From: Anaerolineae bacterium
GTDB taxonomy: Bacteria; Chloroflexota; Anaerolineae; Anaerolineales; Villigracilaceae
Direction of reading: 5' to 3'
Assembly (NCBI GenBank): GCA_003484265.1
Contig: DNDO01000049.1
Coordinates: forward strand, 1-24,000
Length of the DNA stretch: 24,000 nt
The notes under the pieces were generated by a model. It was given only the letters and a program-made list of their open reading frames with translations, ran no database searches and had not been told where the DNA came from. A program made the position numbers and the translations under genes. Shown one piece after another: positions 7,513 through 15,363 of the stretch (position 1 is its first letter; each line of letters opens with the position of its first letter).

Positions 7513-9045
7513 TTAGACGCGTGCGGCAGCAACCGCATTTGCCATATTTTGAACCGATATTGTATCTTTTTCTTTGAGGATTCTCTCGGTCGTCAGGCGG
7601 GCAGATAACAGCACGATGGGAAGCCCCGTGCCTGGATGGGTGGACGCACCAGCGAAGTAGAGATTTTTATATTTCTTATGACGGTTCTGCGGACGCAAAT
7701 AGCCAACCTGCAAGAAGTTGTGACTGAGACCAAACGCAGAGCCCTTCTCAAGGTTAAAACGTTCTTTCCAAACTTTGGGTTGATACACGATCTCGAACTT
7801 GATATGTTCTCTGAGATCATCCACGCCTAATTCCGTAGCGAGGCGTTTGAACACGATTTCGCGAGCACGTTTTACCAGCGCATCCCAGTCCTGTTCACTG
7901 CGTGCATCAAGGTGACCGACAGGCATCAACACGTAGAGAGTATCCTGACCTTTTGGAGCGGCGGCTTTATCAGTGCGTGTTGGCGCATGGACATAGAAAG
8001 ACGGCACATCAGGTAATGTGTGATCCTCGAATATTCGGTCAAACGAAGCCTTGTAATCGCCGCCGAGGAATACGTTGTGATGCGCGATCTGTTCATACTC
8101 CTTGTCCACGCCCCAGTAGAACATTATCGTGGAGCAGGTGTAGAGTTTGTTTTCGAGTTTTTTTGATTCATTTACATCGGGCAATAATTCTTTATAAATA
8201 TAGGGCAGGTCTGCATTGCCGATGAAGATGTCGGCTGTTAATTCTCGTCCATCATTTAACTGAACACCTTCAACTCTTGAACCTGCAACTTTCATACGTT
8301 TTACAGGTGAGTTGTAGATGAACTTGACACCCAGTTTTTCAGCAACCTTGACCAACGCCTGAATGCCCGCGTACATCCCGCCCATGGGGTACCAAACACC
8401 TTCGGCTAATTCCGTGTATTGCAAAAGGGAGTATGTGGCAGGCGCATCGTAAGGGCTGAGACCAAGATACATATTCTGGAAAGTGAATGCTGCTTTGAGC
8501 CTTTCATCTTTGAAGTATTTACCGACATTGGCAAAATGTTTCTGTAATGCTTTGAGGTTGAATATGAGGGGCAGATTACGCAGTGATAGGTACTCGAAGA
8601 TGTTGTAAAAATTGCGCCCCACAAACTTCTCAACGGATACCTTGTAATGTTTGCCGCCTTCCGCGATGTAATTCAGGAAGCCCGTGAAGGCGGTCTTCTC
8701 AACCTTCTCCAGTTGTTCCTGCATTTTTCCGATGTCCGACGTCAACTCCAATTTCAAGCCGTCGATAAAATGGACTTTATATGTGGGGTCGATGCGGCGC
8801 AGGTCGAGGTGGTCATTCATTTTCTCGCCGAGGGAGGCAAAGGTTTCCTCCCAAATTTCGGGCATCAAGAACAGGGTTGGACCAATATCGAAGCGGTGAC
8901 CGTCGCGTACGATCTGGTTGGCGCGCCCGCCAGGGGTCGCCTCCTTTTCGAGCACTGTCACGTCATATCCGTTTTTGGCGAGGCGGGCGGCAGTGGCAAT
9001 CCCGCCAATGCCTGCCCCGATCACGATTGCAGTTCGTTTTTTCAT
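7513..9045 (-). CDS. crtI: Phytoene desaturase
   Basis: 510 aa. N-terminal FAD fold IVIGAGIGGIATAARLAKNGYDVTVLEKEATPGGRA. C-terminal NLYFAGASTHPGTGLPIVLLSA, typical of CrtI. AAGGAAG SD. First gene after the divergent promoter. Confidence 0.92.
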   Translation of the reverse strand: MKKRTAIVIGAGIGGIATAARLAKNGYDVTVLEKEATPGGRANQIVRDGHRFDIGPTLFLMPEIWEETFASLGEKMNDHLDLRRIDPTYKVHFIDGLKLELTSDIGKMQEQLEKVEKTAFTGFLNYIAEGGKHYKVSVEKFVGRNFYNIFEYLSLRNLPLIFNLKALQKHFANVGKYFKDERLKAAFTFQNMYLGLSPYDAPATYSLLQYTELAEGVWYPMGGMYAGIQALVKVAEKLGVKFIYNSPVKRMKVAGSRVEGVQLNDGRELTADIFIGNADLPYIYKELLPDVNESKKLENKLYTCSTIMFYWGVDKEYEQIAHHNVFLGGDYKASFDRIFEDHTLPDVPSFYVHAPTRTDKAAAPKGQDTLYVLMPVGHLDARSEQDWDALVKRAREIVFKRLATELGVDDLREHIKFEIVYQPKVWKERFNLEKGSAFGLSHNFLQVGYLRPQNRHKKYKNLYFAGASTHPGTGLPIVLLSARLTTERILKEKDTISVQNMANAVAAARV

Positions 9046-9103
9046 GTTTCTTCCTTAGCTCCCCTCTCTCGTTTTAGGAAAGGGGTTGGGTGTCATTTCA
9101 AGC

Positions 9104-9131
9104 ATTATACACAATGCACAGAATTTGTCAA
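9104..9131 (-). promoter_or_regulatory. Sigma-70-type promoter reading toward crtI: -35 TTGACA (complement of 9126-9131), 16-bp spacer, -10 TATAAT (complement of 9104-9109)
   Basis: Read directly from the reverse complement. Both hexamers match the consensus exactly. The implied leader to the crtI ATG (9045) is about 50 nt. Confidence 0.7.
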
Positions 9132-9145
9132 GATTATCTTGACAA
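9125..9145. promoter_or_regulatory. Perfect inverted repeat TTGTCAAGA-TTA-TCTTGACAA; candidate operator covering both divergent -35 boxes
   Basis: 9-bp arms with a 3-bp spacer and no mismatches. Each arm contains a TTGACA, one per strand. Confidence 0.75.
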
Positions 9146-9167
9146 AAGAACACAAAACATGTACAAT
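9139..9167 (+). promoter_or_regulatory. Sigma-70-type promoter reading toward crtB: -35 TTGACA (9139-9144), 17-bp spacer, -10 TACAAT (9162-9167)
   Basis: Read directly from the sequence. GGAGG SD at 9185-9189 and crtB ATG at 9194. Confidence 0.7.
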
Positions 9168-9193
9168 GAATCAATTCTACCTTTGGAGGTCAA

Positions 9194-10138
9194 ATGCAGG
9201 TACAAGCGAAATGGGAAAACCAACTACTCGATTTGGCGGGGAAAATCCCGCACTCATCAACCCGCCCCTTCTTTTCATATTGGGCTGGCGATGCCGCACT
9301 TCGCAAAGCCTACAATCTCGCCGAAAAGATCACGGCGAGACAGAGCAAATCCTTCCATTTTGCATCCTCGCTCCTCCCAGAAGAGAAACGTTTAGCCGTT
9401 CGCGCCTTGTATGCCTTTTGCCGCACAGTGGATGACATTGTGGATACGTCCACGGACGATACGCGAGAGTCCCAACTCGATTACTGGCGTGGGATGGTGG
9501 AGCACGCCTCTTTTCTCGACGGGGATCTGGTTGCCGCTGCATGGGCTGATACCTTATCCCGTTACCAAATTCCCCGGCACTATGCCCTTCAATTGATAGA
9601 CGGCGTCAACCGCGACTTGACCCAGTCCCGGTATCAAACCTTCGAAGAGCTTGCCACATATTGCTACGGTGTGGCATCTACGGTTGGATTGATGAGCATG
9701 TACATAATTGGTTTCAACAGCAATAAAGCAGTTCCGTACGCGATCAAACTCGGTGTCGCCCTCCAAATGACCAACATCCTGCGCGATGTGGGGGAGGACT
9801 TCCAAAATGGACGGCTCTATTTGCCGCGTGAAGAACTCGCCTACTACGGTATTCGTGAACAGGATATCGTTGAGGGGCATGTCACCGACAACTGGCGACA
9901 GTTCATGAAGTTCCAGATCGAACGTACACGTCAGCTTTATGAAGATTCATGGGAAGGCGTAAAGATGCTTGAACGCGAAGGACAATTTGCCATCGGCGCC
10001 GCATCCGTTTTTTATCAGGGTATCTTGGATGAGATCGAAAAGAACGACTATGATGTATTTACGCAAAGAGCGAATTTATCCGCATTGAGCAAACTAAGAA
10101 AAGTTCCAGCCTTATGGTTGAAGATCAAAGCTTTGTAA
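9194..10138 (+). CDS. crtB: Phytoene synthase
   Basis: 314 aa. SKSFHFASSLLP, the Asp-rich motif YAFCRTVDDIVD, and the second motif LQMTNILRDVGEDFQNGRLYLPREEL. Confidence 0.93.
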   Translation: MQVQAKWENQLLDLAGKIPHSSTRPFFSYWAGDAALRKAYNLAEKITARQSKSFHFASSLLPEEKRLAVRALYAFCRTVDDIVDTSTDDTRESQLDYWRGMVEHASFLDGDLVAAAWADTLSRYQIPRHYALQLIDGVNRDLTQSRYQTFEELATYCYGVASTVGLMSMYIIGFNSNKAVPYAIKLGVALQMTNILRDVGEDFQNGRLYLPREELAYYGIREQDIVEGHVTDNWRQFMKFQIERTRQLYEDSWEGVKMLEREGQFAIGAASVFYQGILDEIEKNDYDVFTQRANLSALSKLRKVPALWLKIKAL

Positions 10139-10163
10139 ATCGAAGCATAATAGGAGAAATAAA

Positions 10164-10913
10164 TTGAAAGACACGTTACGACAAATCACCAATCTTGTTA
10201 CCGTCATCATTGCGCTGACGATTAACATCCTGGCCTCTGCTTTGCCCCTCAACGGACAGAACACAGGCGAAATTTCAGACCGCTTCGAAGTGTTTTTCGT
10301 CCCCGCTGGTTATGTATTTTTAATCTGGTTCTTCATCTTCGCCGGCTGGATCGCATTTTCCATTTTCCAGTCTCTGCCGGCACAAAAGGAAAAGCCCCGT
10401 CTACGCAGACTTGGTTATTTATTTGCCCTGAGCAATATTGCCAACGCAGGCTGGTTATTCATGTGGCACTACAATTATTTTGGATTGAGCGTGATCTTCA
10501 TGCTGTCCTTGCTGGGACTGCTCATCGCCTGCTACCTGCGTCTCGATGTGAACCGCTCTGGCGCCAAAGGTGCCGAATGGTGGTCGGTTGATTTGCCCTT
10601 CAGCGTCTATCTCGGCTGGATTACCGTAGCTACTGTCGCAAACATCACAGCCTGGTTGTCCTTTGTCAACTGGAACGGCCTGGGTATCTCAGAGCCGATC
10701 TGGGCGGTTATCATGCTTGCGGTCGCGTCCATCCTCGGTTTTGGCATGGCATTTACGAGGCGGGACGCAGGCTATCTGCTCGTCCTTGTCTGGGCATTTA
10801 TCGGCATCGCAGTTAAGCAGACACCTGCTCTAGTAGTCACCGGTGCATGGATCGCGGCAGGTGCCATGCTCGTGCTTGCCTTGTACAACTTGATCCGCCG
10901 CCAATCCGCATAG
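10164..10913 (+). CDS. Trp-rich polytopic membrane protein, TspO/MBR-related (long form)
   Basis: 249 aa with a TTG start and an AGGAG SD at 10152-10156. Motifs PAGYVFLIWFFIFAGW, NAGWLFMWHYNYF and VYLGWITVATVANITAWL resemble the tryptophan-rich sensory protein family. It begins 25 nt after crtB. Confidence 0.5.
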   Translation: MKDTLRQITNLVTVIIALTINILASALPLNGQNTGEISDRFEVFFVPAGYVFLIWFFIFAGWIAFSIFQSLPAQKEKPRLRRLGYLFALSNIANAGWLFMWHYNYFGLSVIFMLSLLGLLIACYLRLDVNRSGAKGAEWWSVDLPFSVYLGWITVATVANITAWLSFVNWNGLGISEPIWAVIMLAVASILGFGMAFTRRDAGYLLVLVWAFIGIAVKQTPALVVTGAWIAAGAMLVLALYNLIRRQSA

Positions 10914-11184
10914 GTAATTTAAGCTGAACGCAGCTTATCAACTTGGTTCGCCATGGTTGGGGTGGCCTTCTTTGACATTATTCATGGATAAGCACTTGGT
11001 GGTGCATCAGGAAAGTTTGAAATATAGTGTTGGGATGAATAATTTATGAATATCGAAGATTCTCTCACGATGGTTCCAGCATTTGCGCCGAGCAGGGAAC
11101 TGATAGGATTTACCCCAATGGAGATTACTTTATTATAGTTTATATCATAATTATCTAAATGAAAACTCAAAAAAGGTCATATAA

Positions 11185-12477
11185 ATGACAATGAAAAAGC
11201 CAACTAGTTTGGTAATCGTCGGGTCGGGTCCCGTTGGAATGGTTGCCGCGTTGATGTTTAAGCAACATTTCAAGAAAGTCATCCTGCTTGAACGTCAATC
11301 AAAGGAGAGTTTCCTTCGAACCCATGGCTTTACATTTCCGATCGTGTTTTCCCCCGCTTCGATAAAAATTCTAAAAGAGATCGGTGTCTGGGAAGGGATC
11401 AGTTCACAGCGGTCTGAATTCTTCGGTGTGGTCATACATAAACGAATTTTTGGCAGGGAATTCAGGTTTACATCTTCGAGAGAGGGGGTGTATTCCCACT
11501 GGAGAAATCATGCCATCACAAAGCTTTATGAGCGGATGGTTGAATTAGGAATCCCGATTCATTTCAATGCCCGTGTTGAAAGTATAGACTTCCAGGGTAA
11601 TGTTTGCAGGGAATCAAATTTGGGGGAGATCCCATTCGATCTCCTGTTGGGTGCAGATGGCATCAACAGTCAAACTCGCGGACTTATGGCAAAGGCACAT
11701 CCAGAATTTGAAGAAAACCAGTTCAGTTTGACATTTTTAGACAACTGGTATGCCTATCGTCTCCCATCAGAGGGTGTCATGCGTGAAAAATTTTCTGGGG
11801 GGAATCGCTTCCTGGCATCAAATGTCTTTGTCGACAATCTGGCCGATCACCCCTCTGAAAAATTCCGCATAGTGACTACAGGGATGCGGCAACCAGAGGA
11901 AGAGATCAGCATCCTAATCAAATATGGCGCAGACGTGAGTTTTCCCCGCCTCAAGTATTTGAACGAGAGTTATTTTGGTCGATTTGTGGAATCAAAACAG
12001 GAATTGGATGCAGCCTGGGAAGCCGGATATGCCGGTAAGTTTGAGCAAGCTTATGCGCCAACTTTCCACTTAAACAACGTGCTGCTTATAGGTGATGCAG
12101 CTCATGGATTTGAGAGTACTGGAGATCTAATCAATCTCGGTATCGCCTCCATTGGATCGTTTTATGAAATCTTCACCCGTCAATCGGATTTGGCTGGCGC
12201 TTTGAAAGAGTATGACAACACTGTTGGCGAAGACTTACGTTTCTATGCAGGATTTTCCTATCGCAGAAGCAAAGAAAAGGTTGCATTTGAAATAGGATCG
12301 ATTGAATTTGCTGGATGGTTGGGGATTACAAAGCGCCACCCTACTTTATTTGGTATCTATGAAGATGATTTTGAGATTTCCAGTTATATGAAAGCTTATA
12401 AGAAGGACATTCTAAAGAGTAGGTTGGTAGTATTTGGTTTTATACTCGCCATCATCCTACTGATCTTAGTATGCTAA
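11185..12477 (+). CDS. FAD-dependent aromatic-ring monooxygenase (UbiH/KMO-like) with a C-terminal TM anchor
   Basis: 430 aa. GxGxxG in LVIVGSGPVGMVAA, the GADG motif LLLGADGINS, and GDAAH in LLIGDAAHGF. Hydrophobic C-terminal tail VVFGFILAIILLILV. Confidence 0.8.
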   Translation: MTMKKPTSLVIVGSGPVGMVAALMFKQHFKKVILLERQSKESFLRTHGFTFPIVFSPASIKILKEIGVWEGISSQRSEFFGVVIHKRIFGREFRFTSSREGVYSHWRNHAITKLYERMVELGIPIHFNARVESIDFQGNVCRESNLGEIPFDLLLGADGINSQTRGLMAKAHPEFEENQFSLTFLDNWYAYRLPSEGVMREKFSGGNRFLASNVFVDNLADHPSEKFRIVTTGMRQPEEEISILIKYGADVSFPRLKYLNESYFGRFVESKQELDAAWEAGYAGKFEQAYAPTFHLNNVLLIGDAAHGFESTGDLINLGIASIGSFYEIFTRQSDLAGALKEYDNTVGEDLRFYAGFSYRRSKEKVAFEIGSIEFAGWLGITKRHPTLFGIYEDDFEISSYMKAYKKDILKSRLVVFGFILAIILLILVC

Positions 12478-12516
12478 TTGACATCCGTCTTGTACTCGAT
12501 TAAGGAATATAATCTC

Positions 12517-13230
12517 ATGGATTTAAGCCTTTATTTACTCATCGCTCTATTGTTGACTTCCTGCACAACCGCCTCTTCGTTGCCAACCGAAACATCGGTT
12601 CCCATGCTCAATCAGGAGACTACTTCCATGCCGAAGATTCGATATCTTGCACTGGGTGATTCGTATACCATAGGTGAAAAAGTCCCTGAACGGGACCGTT
12701 GGTCCAACCAACTCGAGAAATTACTTGAAGGGAATGGTATTTACTCGGATGTAACCATCATCGCCCGTACAGGCTGGACGGTCAACGAACTTTGGGAAGG
12801 AATCCAAGCCACTCCTCCGGAGGGATCGTATGACATGGTCACGTTATTAATAGGTGTCAATGACCAGTACCGCGGCTATCCCGTGGACGGTTATCGCGAA
12901 GATTTCCGTTTTATACTCGGGAAAGCCATCGAATATGCGGGTGGTGACCCGGAACGAGTGGTAGTGTTGTCCATTCCTGATTGGGGATTTACTCCTTTTG
13001 CAGGAAGTCAGGACACCGAACCCATCAGCAAAAAAATCGACGAGTTCAATGCCGTCAACCTTGAAGAATCTGAATCGGCGGGAGTATATTATGTGAATGT
13101 AACCCTCATCTCCCGCATGGCAATGGACGATTTTGATTTGCTTGCTTCGGATCGATTGCATCCATCAGGTAAAATGTATGCCATGTGGGCGGAGAAGACT
13201 TTGCCGATCGCTTTGGAAATATTGAAATAA
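12517..13230 (+). CDS. SGNH/GDSL-family hydrolase, probable lipoprotein
   Basis: Start re-set to MDLSLYLLIALLLTSC (lipobox-like LTSC), with an AAGGA SD at 12502-12506. Block I is LALGDSYTIGE, block III is LLIGVNDQ, and block V is DRLHPS. Confidence 0.8.
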   Translation: MDLSLYLLIALLLTSCTTASSLPTETSVPMLNQETTSMPKIRYLALGDSYTIGEKVPERDRWSNQLEKLLEGNGIYSDVTIIARTGWTVNELWEGIQATPPEGSYDMVTLLIGVNDQYRGYPVDGYREDFRFILGKAIEYAGGDPERVVVLSIPDWGFTPFAGSQDTEPISKKIDEFNAVNLEESESAGVYYVNVTLISRMAMDDFDLLASDRLHPSGKMYAMWAEKTLPIALEILK

Positions 13231-13284
13231 TGATAGTAGGGCTTGGTCACCCCGCCCGTAGTACAAAAATATGAGGAGAATGAC

Positions 13285-13923
13285 ATGTCTAAAATAGATT
13301 ACGACAAAACGCAGGAATATTTAGAAACTCTCATTCCCCCGCGCGAAGAAGAGATTCAAAGGATGGAGGAGTATGCAAAAGAAAAAGGTTTCCCGATCAT
13401 CGGTCCTGCATGCGGATATTATTGTTACCAACTCGCGAGAATGATCGGGGCGAAATCCATCTTTGAACTGGGATCAGGATATGGCTATTCAACGGCATGG
13501 TTTGCAAAGGCAGTGAAAGAAAATGGGGGAGGGGTAGTGCACCACACCGTCTGGGACGATGATCTGTCGAAGCGTGCGAAAGGACATTTGTCCGCGTTGG
13601 GGAGCGACGATGTCGTCAAGTTCCATATAGCGGAGGCGGTTGAGACTCTTCGCAAGACGAGCGGTCCGTTTGACATCATCTTCAACGATATTGATAAGGA
13701 TGCATATCCAACTTCCTTGCCTCATATCAAAGAGAAATTACGCTCAGGCGGATTGCTCATCATTGACAACATGATATGGCATGGACAGATCCTCGACCCG
13801 AACGACCGCGAAAAGACCACGGAAGCTATCCGCGAATTCACGAAGATGATAACGACCGATCCTGATTGGATCGTTTCACTAACCCCCATGCGAGACGGGA
13901 TGATCGTTGCATTTAAAAAATAA
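13285..13923 (+). CDS. Class I SAM-dependent O-methyltransferase (family 3, caffeoyl-CoA OMT-like)
   Basis: Start re-set to MSKIDYDK after a GAGGAG SD (13273-13278). SAM motif IFELGSGYGYST and the metal/acidic motif IIFNDIDKDAYP. Confidence 0.85.
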   Translation: MSKIDYDKTQEYLETLIPPREEEIQRMEEYAKEKGFPIIGPACGYYCYQLARMIGAKSIFELGSGYGYSTAWFAKAVKENGGGVVHHTVWDDDLSKRAKGHLSALGSDDVVKFHIAEAVETLRKTSGPFDIIFNDIDKDAYPTSLPHIKEKLRSGGLLIIDNMIWHGQILDPNDREKTTEAIREFTKMITTDPDWIVSLTPMRDGMIVAFKK

Positions 13924-13931
13924 CAGAGACT

Positions 13932-15092
13932 ATGAAATACAGTTTTTATGCCACCCCAAACCGCCGCAACCTGAATATTCTGAACAAATGGACTTACTAT
14001 CCAAAAGATGTGCTTCCCATGTGGGTGGCAGATATGGATTTTCCAGCTCCAATACCTATTCTAAATGAACTTCATCGGGTGGTGGATCAAGGCGTACTTG
14101 GTTATGAGATCCCGTCAAAATCCTTGAGCGAGACGGTCGCCGCCCGCATGGACCATCTATACCAATGGAAAGTGAGACCTGAGTCTGTGGTCACTGTGAC
14201 GGGCATCGTAAGCGGGTTCAACGTGGCGGCGCGAGTGTTCTGTTCACTGAAGAAGGGGGTGCTCATTCAGACGCCGGTGTTTAACGAGTTCCATGAGGTT
14301 AAAAACAATATCGGTATTCCGCAAATCGATGTTCCACTCGTTAAAAGCGTGGACGGGAACATTTTGCACTACGAGATCGATTGGGATGTTTTTAGAAAAC
14401 AGGTGAAGAAGGCGGGCATGTTCCTATTATGCAATCCGCATAACCCGCTCGGTATCATCTTTTCTCATAAAGACCTGTTGCGTATGGCTGAATTTTGTAT
14501 TGAGAACGGCGTCGTGATCGTTTCCGATGAGATTCATTCAGAACTGTTGCTTGGCGGCAATCAATTCACCCCAATGGCGAAACTCTCGCCAGAGATCGCA
14601 AAACATACAATTACACTCGTATCGCCTTCGAAGACGTTTAATGTACCTGGTTTGTTCTGTGGCTTTGCAATCATCCAAAATAAGGAGTTGCGTGAGCGGT
14701 ATAAAAAAGAAGTGGAACATTTGCGTCTGCATGTGAACAGCATGGGATTGCATGCTGCTCAGGTTGCGTTCTCCGGTCAATGTGACGGCTGGTTGAGAGA
14801 ATTACGCCGCTACCTGACCGCGAACCGGGATTTCCTCGTGAAATACATTACAGAGAATATGCCCAATGTGAGAACAACCATCTCAGAAGCCACTTATTTG
14901 GGCTGGCTCGATTTTACGCGAACAGGAATTAAAGGCTCCCCCTACAAATATCTCATAAAAAATGCCAAGGTGGCATTAAGCGAGGGGAAAATATTTGGCA
15001 GTGATGGGAAAGGTCATACCCGCATCAACTTCGGCACGTCGCGCAAAATTCTCAAACAGGGATTGGACCGCATTCGCAGAGCGCTGCCATAA
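13932..15092 (+). CDS. PLP-dependent C-S lyase / aminotransferase class I-II (PatB/MalY type)
   Basis: 386 aa. N-terminal LPMWVADMDFPAP and the PLP-lysine motif SPSKTFNVPGL. Confidence 0.85.
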   Translation: MKYSFYATPNRRNLNILNKWTYYPKDVLPMWVADMDFPAPIPILNELHRVVDQGVLGYEIPSKSLSETVAARMDHLYQWKVRPESVVTVTGIVSGFNVAARVFCSLKKGVLIQTPVFNEFHEVKNNIGIPQIDVPLVKSVDGNILHYEIDWDVFRKQVKKAGMFLLCNPHNPLGIIFSHKDLLRMAEFCIENGVVIVSDEIHSELLLGGNQFTPMAKLSPEIAKHTITLVSPSKTFNVPGLFCGFAIIQNKELRERYKKEVEHLRLHVNSMGLHAAQVAFSGQCDGWLRELRRYLTANRDFLVKYITENMPNVRTTISEATYLGWLDFTRTGIKGSPYKYLIKNAKVALSEGKIFGSDGKGHTRINFGTSRKILKQGLDRIRRALP

Positions 15093-15136
15093 AAAAAGAC
15101 GAATGGGGAACCTTGTTACAGGAACACCCATCCGTC
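15091..15136 (-). terminator. Rho-independent terminator oriented for the - strand
   Basis: On the - strand RNA, GACGGAUGGG (15136-15127) pairs with CCCAUUCGUC (15107-15098), one G-U pair included, and is followed by U7 (15097-15091). No U-tract follows the stem in the + orientation. Confidence 0.65.
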
Positions 15137-15363
15137 GAATAAGTCTTACTATTAAGATGGCTGAAAGGAGCGGGGGAACTGCGCCTTCCTATCGTTAGGA
15201 GAACGTCTGGTAACAAAGCCGAGCTTCGTCCAGCTTAAGGCAACCCGGTCCTTCCGTAGGTAAAAATGTCAGGTGGTGTTTCTATGGGTACCTCCTTTCT
15301 CTTATTTACATCATACACCCAATTAACTGCGATACATTAAATTCAGTTTACAGACTCCTTAAA

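Noticed and set aside
8647-9435. 262-aa + strand ORF
   Set aside because: It is the antisense shadow of crtI, running on through the divergent promoter into crtB out of frame. It has no motifs and no SD.
12478-12513. TTGACA at 12478-12483 and TATAAT at 12508-12513 as an internal promoter for the SGNH gene
   Set aside because: The spacer is 24 bp, and the TATAAT lies only 3 nt before the ATG, so the geometry is incompatible with a functional sigma-70 promoter.
15091-15363. rRNA fragment, SRP RNA or cobalamin riboswitch in the convergent intergenic region
   Set aside because: CCTCCTTTCT (+ strand, 15291-15300) and GTAACAAGG (- strand, 15111-15119) resemble 16S 3'-end strings but are on opposite strands and not colinear. 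A CGGAAGG tetraloop-like string lacks the flanking SRP helix-8 AGCA and complementary arms. No B12-box was seen, and no downstream gene exists for a cis-regulator.
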